A stretch of 63,124 nucleotides of DNA, the filler included. It is 3 parts of 3 records of this genome, joined end to end, with 100 filler letters (N's around TTAATTAATTAA, not from the genome) between each part and the next. Parts side by side here need not be neighbours in the genome. Positions count along the whole stretch, not along the records: positions 13,094 to 31,854 come from SRR31156797_5334; 2 more parts are not named here. One strand, written 5' to 3'. The notes beneath the pieces are model-generated. The model saw only the letters and a program-made list of their open reading frames with translations, had not been told where the DNA came from and made no database searches. Every line of letters begins with the position of its first letter. The first letter of the stretch is position 1. Of the stretch, positions 20,851 to 29,349 are shown piece after piece. The position numbers and the translations under genes are program-made.

Positions 20851-22110
20851 ATGGAAAAATTTGAGATGATATTTAAAGGTTGGCTTGAGTCAACAGGTAT
20901 GACTACTGACATAGTAAATATATTGTACATAGCTTCAAATATAATTGCTATTGCCTTAATTAGCATCATTGCAGACTGGATTGCAAAAAAAATCATTCTG
21001 CAAACTATAAAACATATTGTTCAAAGATCAAAAGTAACCTGGGACGACATCATTTATGAGCGCAAAGTATTTAATAGATTAAGTCGCCTCGCCCCTGCCA
21101 TTGTAATTTATTATCTCATAGCGATTGCTTTTCCAGATGCACCGGGTTGGGTGGCCTTTATTCAAAAACTAACCTATATCTACATGGTATTGGTTGGTAT
21201 TCTGGTATTAGATTCCTTCATAAACGCCTTACATGAAATTTACAAACAAACTCCTATCTCCAAAGACCGCTCGATTAAAGGTTATGTACAGGTAGTCCAA
21301 ATTGTTGTTTATTTCTTTGGTATCATAATTATTTTGGCGGTATTGCTTGGAAAATCACCTGGAACCTTATTGGCTGGTTTGGGAGCTTTAGCTGCTGTAC
21401 TCATGTTAGTATTTAAGGATAGTATCCTTGGTCTAGTGGCTGGTATACAATTATCATTAAATAAAATGGTAAAAATTGGAGATTGGATCACAATGCCTAG
21501 CCATAAGGCTGATGGAAATGTTATTGAAATTACTTTGAATACTGTAAAAGTACGAAACTTTGACATGACGATTACCACCATTCCAACATACGCGCTGGTA
21601 TCGCAATCATTCAATAATTGGAGCGGCATGTTGGAATCAGGCGGACGAAGAATAAAAAGGTCCATTAACATAGATTTACGCTCAGTTAAATTTTGTTCAG
21701 AAGAACTATTAGATAAACTTGAAAAGATACACCACCTTACTGACTATATTAAAGAAAGAAGAGCCGAAGTTGCTGAATTTAATAAAAGCAAAGGGGTAGA
21801 CCAGAGTATAATGGCTAATGGACGCAGACTTACAAACATTGGAATATTTAGAAAGTATATAGAAGAATATTTGAAAAATCACCCACAAATTAACATGGAC
21901 ATGACGTTTCTCATTCGTCAATTGGAACCAACTGAAATGGGCGTGCCAATTGAAATCTATGTATTCAGTAAAGAGCAAAGATGGGTACAATATGAAGGAA
22001 TTCAAGGAGATATTTTTGATCACTTATTAGCTGCAATTAATGAATTTGAATTAAGATTATATCAAAATCCAAGTGGAAGTGATTTCGCCGAATTTATCGA
22101 TAACAAATAG
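20851..22110 (+). CDS. Mechanosensitive channel, MscS family (YbdG/MscM-like)
   Basis: TM helices, LVFKDSILGLVAGIQ, GDWI, TVKVRNFD, SGGRRIKRS. Confidence 0.9.
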   Translation: MEKFEMIFKGWLESTGMTTDIVNILYIASNIIAIALISIIADWIAKKIILQTIKHIVQRSKVTWDDIIYERKVFNRLSRLAPAIVIYYLIAIAFPDAPGWVAFIQKLTYIYMVLVGILVLDSFINALHEIYKQTPISKDRSIKGYVQVVQIVVYFFGIIIILAVLLGKSPGTLLAGLGALAAVLMLVFKDSILGLVAGIQLSLNKMVKIGDWITMPSHKADGNVIEITLNTVKVRNFDMTITTIPTYALVSQSFNNWSGMLESGGRRIKRSINIDLRSVKFCSEELLDKLEKIHHLTDYIKERRAEVAEFNKSKGVDQSIMANGRRLTNIGIFRKYIEEYLKNHPQINMDMTFLIRQLEPTEMGVPIEIYVFSKEQRWVQYEGIQGDIFDHLLAAINEFELRLYQNPSGSDFAEFIDNK

Positions 22111-22132
22111 GATTAAAAACTGAGTCAAAATA

Positions 22133-22169
22133 AAAATCAGCAATTTGAACAATTCAAATTGCTGATTTT
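22133..22169. terminator. Bidirectional terminator between the convergent mscS and crp/fnr genes
   Basis: AAAATCAGCAATTTGAA-CAA-TTCAAATTGCTGATTTT, a long perfect stem. Confidence 0.75.
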
Positions 22170-22188
22170 GTTTTATGTGGAATTTACA

Positions 22189-22875
22189 CTAACCTATTTC
22201 GCTAAACTTCTGAAGTTTATTCATGTCTAATATTTTAAAAGCTTTTCCTTCAACAGCAATAATCTTCTCTTCCTTAAACTCTTTAATAGCCCGGGATAAT
22301 GTTTCCTGTGATAACTGCGTAAGCTCACTCAAATCTTTTCTACTGATTGTTAAAACAAATTCATCTGATTGGTAAATTCGTTCTGAGAGACATAATAGTA
22401 TATCAGCTAACTTTCCTGCTACTTGTTTTTGTGTAAGTGTAATTATTCGTTCATAAACTCTTGTGGCCCACAAATTCATAATTTGCATTAACGAAGCAGC
22501 AAATTTTCCATTTTGCTCTATCATTTGCTCAAACATATCAGCCTCAAACATGCAAAACTCTGAATCTTCATAAGTTGTACAAGTATAGGGGTAAACCCTA
22601 TCATTAAATAAAGCCTCAAGACCAATGAAACTTTGGCCGGGTTTAATACAAAAGATTACGTCTTTATTGGGATGTTCTAAATAAGTTTTAACAAGGCCTT
22701 CTTTAAGGAATAAAATTTTAGATGCATACACTCCCTGCTTGCAGATTACCTCTCCCTTACGATATACAACTGTTTTATGCTTTTCCTGCACAAGTTTTTG
22801 TTGCTCTTCAAGCAAATTAACAAAACAACTTGATATACAAGCGCAATCTTTACAATTCGTACTACTCATATCCAT
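22189..22875 (-). CDS. Crp/Fnr-family regulator with an N-terminal Cys cluster (FNR-like)
   Basis: N-terminal CKDCACISSC, a cNMP-like domain, and HTH recognition helix SQETLSR (FNR-type E-x-x-S-R). Confidence 0.9.
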   Translation of the reverse strand: MDMSSTNCKDCACISSCFVNLLEEQQKLVQEKHKTVVYRKGEVICKQGVYASKILFLKEGLVKTYLEHPNKDVIFCIKPGQSFIGLEALFNDRVYPYTCTTYEDSEFCMFEADMFEQMIEQNGKFAASLMQIMNLWATRVYERIITLTQKQVAGKLADILLCLSERIYQSDEFVLTISRKDLSELTQLSQETLSRAIKEFKEEKIIAVEGKAFKILDMNKLQKFSEIG

Positions 22876-22922
22876 TAAATTAATCTATAACGAAGATAAT
22901 AAATATTCCATCAAATAATGTA

Positions 22923-22936
22923 TTGATCTAGATCAA
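22923..22936. promoter_or_regulatory. Perfect FNR box in the divergent promoter region
   Basis: TTGATCTAGATCAA equals TTGAT-N4-ATCAA and is fully palindromic. Confidence 0.8.
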
Positions 22937-23140
22937 AAATGTGATTAATCTGCTTCGGATTCTTTCTTGAGACGCCTGTTAACGATAATTTAACTTATGA
23001 TTTTTTTTTAATATAGTTTTACATATCCTGCAATTATCAAGAGATACAGGACAATTAAAATTAAACAAACAAGCGGGAAATCAAACAATTAAAGAATTAA
23101 CAATTAACTATAAAAAATCACCATTAACACTACAATTACT

Positions 23141-24736
23141 ATGAATAGACTTAAAAATGTACTAGCCACAATAATTTTTACGGTGATATTACCGATAGGA
23201 GTTTTGTGGTTAACATTTACAATTGCATCGTTGGAAAACGAACCGTTGCCTATTGAGATTAACCTCAAGGCAAATGAGATCTCATCAGTAGATCATTCTC
23301 AATTTGAAGTGTTACAACGCGAATTTGTTGACCCAAGAGAAGTTACAGAAACTTGCTTGTCTTGCCACAATGGTCGCGATGAAGAAATTATGGCCACAGC
23401 CCACTGGAATTGGTTAAGAGATACTGAAGTTCCCGGACATGGAGAAGTTAGTATTGGTAAGAAAAACCTTATTAATAATTTTTGTACGGGTGTAATCGGA
23501 AATAACGGATCATGTATGCGCTGTCATATTGGATACGGATGGGAAGATGACTCTTTCGATTTTGGCGATCCAAAAAACATTGACTGTCTTGTATGTCATG
23601 ATAATACTGAAACATATTTTAAACAAAAAGGACAATACGGATGGCCTGCAACTGAAGAAACTGCAAATGACGCATATCAGGTACCTGATTATTCATATGT
23701 AGCGTCAAATGTAGGTGCACCTAAAAAGAACAATTGTGGTATTTGTCATTTCTATGGTGGTGGTGGAAACAATGTGAAGCATGGTGATTTAGAGCAAGCT
23801 TTAGTAGGTTGCAAAAGAGAAGTAGATGTTCACATGACAGCTGAAGGACTTGACATGACATGTATAGATTGTCATACAACAGAAAACCACAATATTAAAG
23901 GTAAATTATATTCTGTATCAGCAATGGACACAAACCGTATTACATGTACGCAGTGCCATACAAGTGAGCCTCACCAGGATATGATTTTGGACCGTCACTA
24001 TGCCAAAGTAACTTGTCAGGCCTGTCATATTCCAAGATATGCCAAAGTTAATGCGACTAAAATGTGGTGGGATTATTCAACTGCAGGTCGATTAAATGAA
24101 GATGGACTGCCAATTGCTGAAGATGATGCTGATGGAAATCACAATTATCTCTCAATTAAAGGTTCATTTGTTTGGGATCAAAATACCGAGCCGGATTATG
24201 TATGGTTTAATGGAACGGCTGATCACTTTTTATTTGAAGACACTATTGAAACTATCCCTGTTAAGATAAACGAGCTAATGGGCGACTATCATGATGAGAA
24301 AGCCAAAATTTGGCCGGTTAAAATTCACAAGGGTAGACAGCCTTATGATCCTGTGAATAATACCCTTATTAGTTTAAAAGTTTGGGCTCCTGAAAAAGGC
24401 ATGGGTGCATTTTGGAAAGATTTTGATTTTGGACCAGCTGCAGAAATAGGAATGGAACTGGCCGGTAGAGAATACAGCGGAGAATATGATTTTGTTGAAA
24501 CAGAAGTATTTTGGCCAATTAACCACATGGTATCTCCTAAAGAGGATGTAGTTTCATGTACTGAATGTCACTCCAGAGATGGACGTTTAGAAAATCTTAA
24601 CGGATTTTATTTACCAGGTCGTGATTACAACAAAGCCGTAAATTATGGTGGATTTGCATTAATCATATTATCTCTATTGGGTGTAATTGGCCACGGAATA
24701 GGTAGAATCATTTTTTCAATTCGCAGAAACAAATAA
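23141..24736 (+). CDS. otr: Octaheme c-type cytochrome, tetrathionate reductase (Otr) family
   Basis: Eight CxxCH motifs (CLSCH, CMRCH, CLVCH, CGICH, CIDCH, CTQCH, CQACH, CTECH), Otr-type GKKNLINNFC and GGGGNNVKHGDL, and hydrophobic N- and C-terminal anchors. Confidence 0.9.
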   Translation: MNRLKNVLATIIFTVILPIGVLWLTFTIASLENEPLPIEINLKANEISSVDHSQFEVLQREFVDPREVTETCLSCHNGRDEEIMATAHWNWLRDTEVPGHGEVSIGKKNLINNFCTGVIGNNGSCMRCHIGYGWEDDSFDFGDPKNIDCLVCHDNTETYFKQKGQYGWPATEETANDAYQVPDYSYVASNVGAPKKNNCGICHFYGGGGNNVKHGDLEQALVGCKREVDVHMTAEGLDMTCIDCHTTENHNIKGKLYSVSAMDTNRITCTQCHTSEPHQDMILDRHYAKVTCQACHIPRYAKVNATKMWWDYSTAGRLNEDGLPIAEDDADGNHNYLSIKGSFVWDQNTEPDYVWFNGTADHFLFEDTIETIPVKINELMGDYHDEKAKIWPVKIHKGRQPYDPVNNTLISLKVWAPEKGMGAFWKDFDFGPAAEIGMELAGREYSGEYDFVETEVFWPINHMVSPKEDVVSCTECHSRDGRLENLNGFYLPGRDYNKAVNYGGFALIILSLLGVIGHGIGRIIFSIRRNK

Positions 24737-24748
24737 AATCAGAAAACA

Positions 24749-25378
24749 ATGAAAAAAGTTAAGATATATAGCAAATACGAAAGATTTTGGCACTGGACAC
24801 AAATGCTACTGATCATTCTGTTAATTGTAACAGGATTTGAAATTCATGGCATGTATGAAGCATTTGGTTATGAAGCTTCAGTTAGATTACACTCCGTTGC
24901 AGGTTGGGTATTCCTTGTATTAGCAGTTTTCACTGCATTCTGGATGCTTGTAACCGGCCAAAGTCGACAATTTATACCTATTAGAAAGAATGTTAAGTCT
25001 CAAATTCTCTATTATTTATCAGGTATATTCAGAAAAGAACCACATCCAGTTGAAAAAACTGCCGATTGTAAATTAAATCCATTGCAAAGAATTGTGTACT
25101 TCGGACTTTTAATCTTGATCTTCCCAGTACAAATGGTCACTGGATTTATATATATGTATTTCCACTATTCAGATAATGTATTGGATTTACAATCTCTTGA
25201 ACCTATTGCAGTTATTCATACGCTTGGGGCATTCTTGCTAGTGGTGTTTATAATTGTACACCTTTATTTAATCACAACTGGTCATACTGTATTCACAAAT
25301 CTTTGGTCAATGATAACAGGTTATGAAAAATTAGATTGTGATGATCCAGAACCACAAACAGAAACAGCAACCAAATAA
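24749..25378 (+). CDS. Di-heme cytochrome b membrane subunit (PhsC / NiFe-hydrogenase b-type)
   Basis: ERFWHW..ITGFEIHG-like N-terminus (VTGFEIHG), RLHS, KLNPLQR, IHTLGAF..IVHLY. Four TM helices with His ligands. Confidence 0.88.
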   Translation: MKKVKIYSKYERFWHWTQMLLIILLIVTGFEIHGMYEAFGYEASVRLHSVAGWVFLVLAVFTAFWMLVTGQSRQFIPIRKNVKSQILYYLSGIFRKEPHPVEKTADCKLNPLQRIVYFGLLILIFPVQMVTGFIYMYFHYSDNVLDLQSLEPIAVIHTLGAFLLVVFIIVHLYLITTGHTVFTNLWSMITGYEKLDCDDPEPQTETATK

Positions 25379-25397
25379 TCAGAAATACCAATTAACT

Positions 25398-25916
25398 ATG
25401 AAGAAAATAATAATATTAGGACTCATTTTAGGGTCATTCATTTTAAGCAGCTGTACTTCCGGTGTAGGAAATGCAACAGCTGACCAGTTAGTTGAACAAG
25501 CATCTAAGGAAATAAAAATTATTACTCCTGAAGAGCTTTTCAATATTATGGACGCAGGTGAAGAAATCTTTACCTTAATTGATGTAAGAACTGCAATGGA
25601 ATACTATCCAGGCTACATTCCAGGAGCAGTATTAATTAACAGAGGATCTTTGGAATTTAAAATTTTAAAAGAATCATTCTGGGAAGAAGCAGGTTTATAT
25701 ATGCCTAAAAAAGACGAAAAGGTAGTAGTGTATTGCAAAAAAGGTAGCCGAGCTGCCCTTGCTGCAAAAACCCTGAAAGAAATGGGCTTTACAAATGTAT
25801 ATTCCTTAGAAGGTGGTTTCAAAAATTGGGAACTCACTTATCCTGACTGGACAGAGAAAAACCTCGAAGCAATGGGCGGAGGATCATCTACTCACGACAT
25901 GGGCGGAGGTTGCTAA
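25398..25916 (+). CDS. Single-domain rhodanese lipoprotein with a C-terminal GGGC tail
   Basis: Lipobox FILSSC, LIDVR..EY..GYIPGA, active loop YCKKGSRA, SLEGGF..W. Ends HDMGGGC-stop. Start moved to ATG 25398. Confidence 0.88.
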   Translation: MKKIIILGLILGSFILSSCTSGVGNATADQLVEQASKEIKIITPEELFNIMDAGEEIFTLIDVRTAMEYYPGYIPGAVLINRGSLEFKILKESFWEEAGLYMPKKDEKVVVYCKKGSRAALAAKTLKEMGFTNVYSLEGGFKNWELTYPDWTEKNLEAMGGGSSTHDMGGGC

Positions 25917-25964
25917 ACATAGACAATTAACCTAACTATTATTCAATAACTTAAAACAACAATT

Positions 25965-26951
25965 ATGAAAAATTTGAAATTATTATTGATCGCTTTCTTA
26001 ATCCCAACAATTCTTTTTACAGCTTGTAAAGATGAAACAAATGATGATAACAACACATCACAATCATCTCATGAAATTCTTGCTGCTTACCTTGTGGAAA
26101 ATGATATGGATTTACCAGATGTTGTAGATGCATGGATTCAGGGAGCACCTGCTTTAGCAGATGTAGCAACATTTATTGATTCATACAACATTATTGACAT
26201 TCGCAGTTCAGCTGATTACGATGCCGGTCATATTGAAGGAGCAGTAAACTCAGCATTAACAGATGTAATTACAACTGCTGGTGAATTTACAGAAACAAAA
26301 CCAGTTTTGGTTGTTTGTTACACAGGACAAACTGCTGGACATGCTGTAGTTGCCTTACGCTTAAGCGGTTACCCAGATGCTAAGGTTTTGAAATGGGGTA
26401 TGGCTGGATGGCGCACTGGCGACGACTATTCTGGCAAATGGGAATCAAAAACTGCTCAATTAAATCATTCAAATTGGGTATCAACAGGTACTGCTGCGAC
26501 AACTGTTCCTTTTACAGCTCCTGACTTAAGTATTTCTGGTAGTGATGCTGAAGCGTTATTAAATGCACAAGTGGCTTCTATGCTTGCGGGTGGATTATCA
26601 GGTGAAATGCCATCTACTATTTTAGATGCTCCACAAGATTATTTTATCAATAACTTTTGGTCAGAAACTGATTTTAACACTTATGGTCATATTGACGGAT
26701 GCTATAGAATTAATTCTTTAAGCCTAGAAGAAGAAACTATTTATAACCTTGACTCAGAAAAACCAGTTGTAACTTATTGCTGGACTGGACAAACTTCTTC
26801 TATGATTACTGCTTATTTAACAGTAATTGGTTATGATGCAGTTAGCTTAAAATTTGGTGCTAATGGAATTATTCATGACGATTTAACCGCAGCTGGTGTT
26901 CACTTTTACTCAGAACCAACTGAAGATTTACCAGTTGTACCAACAAAATAA
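25965..26951 (+). CDS. Tandem-rhodanese lipoprotein
   Basis: Lipobox LFTAC then KDETNDD. IIDIR..DYDAGHIEGA. Two Cys loops, CYTGQTA and CWTGQTS. Confidence 0.85.
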   Translation: MKNLKLLLIAFLIPTILFTACKDETNDDNNTSQSSHEILAAYLVENDMDLPDVVDAWIQGAPALADVATFIDSYNIIDIRSSADYDAGHIEGAVNSALTDVITTAGEFTETKPVLVVCYTGQTAGHAVVALRLSGYPDAKVLKWGMAGWRTGDDYSGKWESKTAQLNHSNWVSTGTAATTVPFTAPDLSISGSDAEALLNAQVASMLAGGLSGEMPSTILDAPQDYFINNFWSETDFNTYGHIDGCYRINSLSLEEETIYNLDSEKPVVTYCWTGQTSSMITAYLTVIGYDAVSLKFGANGIIHDDLTAAGVHFYSEPTEDLPVVPTK

Positions 26952-26958
26952 TACATTT

Positions 26959-26990
26959 TAACGGATAGGCTAGCGCCTATCCGTTATTTT
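26959..26990 (+). terminator. Intra-operon hairpin/terminator between the tandem rhodanese and the porin
   Basis: TAACGGATAGGC-TAGC-GCCTATCCGTTA-TTTT. Confidence 0.65.
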
Positions 26991-27041
26991 ATAAAACAAG
27001 CATACCCCTGCTTGCTTAAGTAGAACATTAAATCAATTAAC

Positions 27042-28106
27042 ATGAACTATAAAACTATACTTTTAGCAATTCTTCTCATGGGTGCATGGCAGGGATTGTT
27101 TGCACAAGGCTGCGAAGAACCAGCCGGTGATGCAGAAGGTGACGATGCCAATAAACCAAAACTTATCGGTTTCATTCAACCACAATTTGACTATAACTTT
27201 GTAAAAGATGGACCTGATACTTACGATGAAAACACCTTTAAATTTAAACGTGCTCGTATTGGTGTAACAGGTAAAATTCCTTACGACTTCGCATACTATG
27301 TAATGGTAGAAAATAGTGCATTTGTAAGTTCAACAGGAAATCCATACTTACTTGATGCATTTATCTCTTACAGGCGTTTTAAATGGGCTAATGTTTCATT
27401 CGGATCATTTAAACAACCATTTGGCCTTGAAATTAATACATCTTGCTCTGGATTGCATACTATTGAAAGATCAGAGGTTTCTAACCAATTAGTATCTCCT
27501 ATGCGAGACATGGGTGTTATGATACTTGGTGGAACTAATGAAACATTAGTGAAATATGCAGTCGCTTTTATGAATGGAAGTGGTTTGGGAAAAGTTGATA
27601 ATAACATCAAAAAAGATGTTTCCGGTCGAATTACCTTTAAACCAATTGATTTCGTAAGATTCGGTGGTAGCTTCAGATATGGTTGGCCAACAAATTCTAA
27701 TGCCGACTCAATTGACAGATTTTCACTTGCAGGAGAATTAGAAGTAAATTGGAATAATTTTATGCTCCAGGCAGAATATATCTGGGATAAAGGAGCATAT
27801 AATCTTGCCAGTGGTGGTGGTTGCGGAGGTGACCCAATGCTGCTAGGTGAAAAACGCGGTGGTTACTATATAATGGCTAAATATAAAACATATTTTATGT
27901 TTGAGCCAGTTGTAAAATATGAATTCTTCGATGTTGGAAATGATTCAGGTGACAAAAGTGGAATTTTAACATTAGGAGCAAATTACTTTTTCAATGACAA
28001 AGTAAGGCTTCAAGCAAACTACCGTTATCGTGCAGAAACAAATGATGCAAAAGATGCAGAAGTTCCAAATGATGCCTTCCTATTACAATTACAAGTTAAA
28101 TTCTAA
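27042..28106 (+). CDS. OprO/OprP-like (anion-selective) outer-membrane porin with Cys motifs
   Basis: Signal peptide, FKFKRARIGVTG, LLDAFISY, GSFKQPFGLE, RDMG, LGANYF, and C-terminal LQLQVKF (beta-barrel signal). Confidence 0.8.
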   Translation: MNYKTILLAILLMGAWQGLFAQGCEEPAGDAEGDDANKPKLIGFIQPQFDYNFVKDGPDTYDENTFKFKRARIGVTGKIPYDFAYYVMVENSAFVSSTGNPYLLDAFISYRRFKWANVSFGSFKQPFGLEINTSCSGLHTIERSEVSNQLVSPMRDMGVMILGGTNETLVKYAVAFMNGSGLGKVDNNIKKDVSGRITFKPIDFVRFGGSFRYGWPTNSNADSIDRFSLAGELEVNWNNFMLQAEYIWDKGAYNLASGGGCGGDPMLLGEKRGGYYIMAKYKTYFMFEPVVKYEFFDVGNDSGDKSGILTLGANYFFNDKVRLQANYRYRAETNDAKDAEVPNDAFLLQLQVKF

Positions 28107-28121
28107 AAAAAACTATTTATC

Positions 28122-28952
28122 ATGAGAAAAATATTTTTATCAATCACATTTGTACTGTTCCTCGTAAGTTCAATGCTAGCGCAGGATGTTATTTCTGCCA
28201 TGGACTTATTCAAGGAATCAAGAAAACCTAATGTAGTTATCGTTGACGCTCGTAGCGATGCTAAATATAAAGCTGATGCACACATCAGAAACGCTGTGCA
28301 TGTACCTTACACTGAACTTCAGAAAGATGCTCCTTACAAGGGTGCTTTAAAAAGTCCAACAGAAATCGCTCAGGTTTTAGGAAAAAATGGTGTATCTGCT
28401 GACAAAAAAATAGTTGTATATGACGAGGGTTCTGGTAAATATGCCGGACGTTTATACTGGATATTAAAGTATATGGGCGCAAAAGATGTAGTAATGCTCG
28501 ACGGAGGATTAGAAGCATGGAAAGCGAAAAGAAAACCTATTACGAAAAATCCTACTATGGCTAAAAAAGGCCAATTTAAAGCAGCACCAAATGCAGCTAT
28601 TCTAGCTAAAATGGCTGATGTTAAAAAAGGTTCTGCGGTATTACTTGACGTTCGTTCAGCAGCAGAATTCAATGGAACTGATGGAAAAAGTAAAGGTCAC
28701 GTACCAGGTTCTATCAACATTGAATATAAAGAAGTTTTGGACGGAAATGGTATGCTAAAGAGCAATTCCGATCTTGGTAGCGTTTTCAGCAAACTAGGTG
28801 GAAAAAATAAAGAAATTATTGTATTCTGTGCAACAAGTGTACGTGCAGGGGTTGTTTTCCTTGCATTAAAAGGCGCAGGTTACACAAACGTTAAAGTTTA
28901 TGATGGTGCGTACAACGAGTGGGTACATGCCGGTAATAAGCTGGATAAATAG
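28122..28952 (+). CDS. Exported two-domain sulfurtransferase (TST/SseA-like)
   Basis: Sec signal peptide, IVDAR..Y...HIRNA, GRLYWILKYMG..LDGG, LLDVRS..EF..GHVPGS, active loop FCATSVRA, YDGAYNEW. Confidence 0.9.
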   Translation: MRKIFLSITFVLFLVSSMLAQDVISAMDLFKESRKPNVVIVDARSDAKYKADAHIRNAVHVPYTELQKDAPYKGALKSPTEIAQVLGKNGVSADKKIVVYDEGSGKYAGRLYWILKYMGAKDVVMLDGGLEAWKAKRKPITKNPTMAKKGQFKAAPNAAILAKMADVKKGSAVLLDVRSAAEFNGTDGKSKGHVPGSINIEYKEVLDGNGMLKSNSDLGSVFSKLGGKNKEIIVFCATSVRAGVVFLALKGAGYTNVKVYDGAYNEWVHAGNKLDK

Positions 28953-28968
28953 TTAATTGTTAATTGGG

Positions 28969-29001
28969 AAAACCGCTTCAGTTTCTGGGGCGGTTTTTTT
29001 T
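28969..29001 (+). terminator. Rho-independent terminator ending the otr-rhodanese-porin operon
   Basis: AAAACCGCTTCAG-TTT-CTGGGGCGGTTTTTTTT. Confidence 0.8.
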
Positions 29002-29171
29002 ATTGAAATTTTAAAACATCAATCTGAATTTCATTTATATAAAATATCTGATAGTAATTCAAAACCAGATCAATTAAAACAAATCAAATATTTTTTTGCA
29101 TATCCGCTAACTCCGCTACTTGCCTAAGCATTATACTCCAAGAAACTCCAATACACTCTCCACGCTCCCAG

Positions 29172-29206
29172 TTCACTTTTCACTATAAACTATTAACTAT
29201 TCACTA
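29172..29206 (+). repeat. Degenerate 7-bp tandem repeat (TTCACTA) x5 in a C-rich, G-poor intergenic tract
   Basis: ttcactt ttcacta taaacta ttaacta ttcacta. Confidence 0.7.
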
Positions 29207-29349
29207 TTCTCGACTATCTGCAATCTACTATCTAAGCCAAACCTTCGCATTCAAAAAACTCCAAATCACAAATTCTTAAAACTGATTGGTCAAATATTTG
29301 TTGTATTAACATTTATTGCGCAAACAATTTTTAATTTTGTAGACGTTTA

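Noticed and set aside
25398-28952. Selenocysteine recoding in the rhodaneses or porin
   Set aside because: The relevant positions are Cys codons and the ORFs end in TAA/TAG, so no in-frame TGA is needed.
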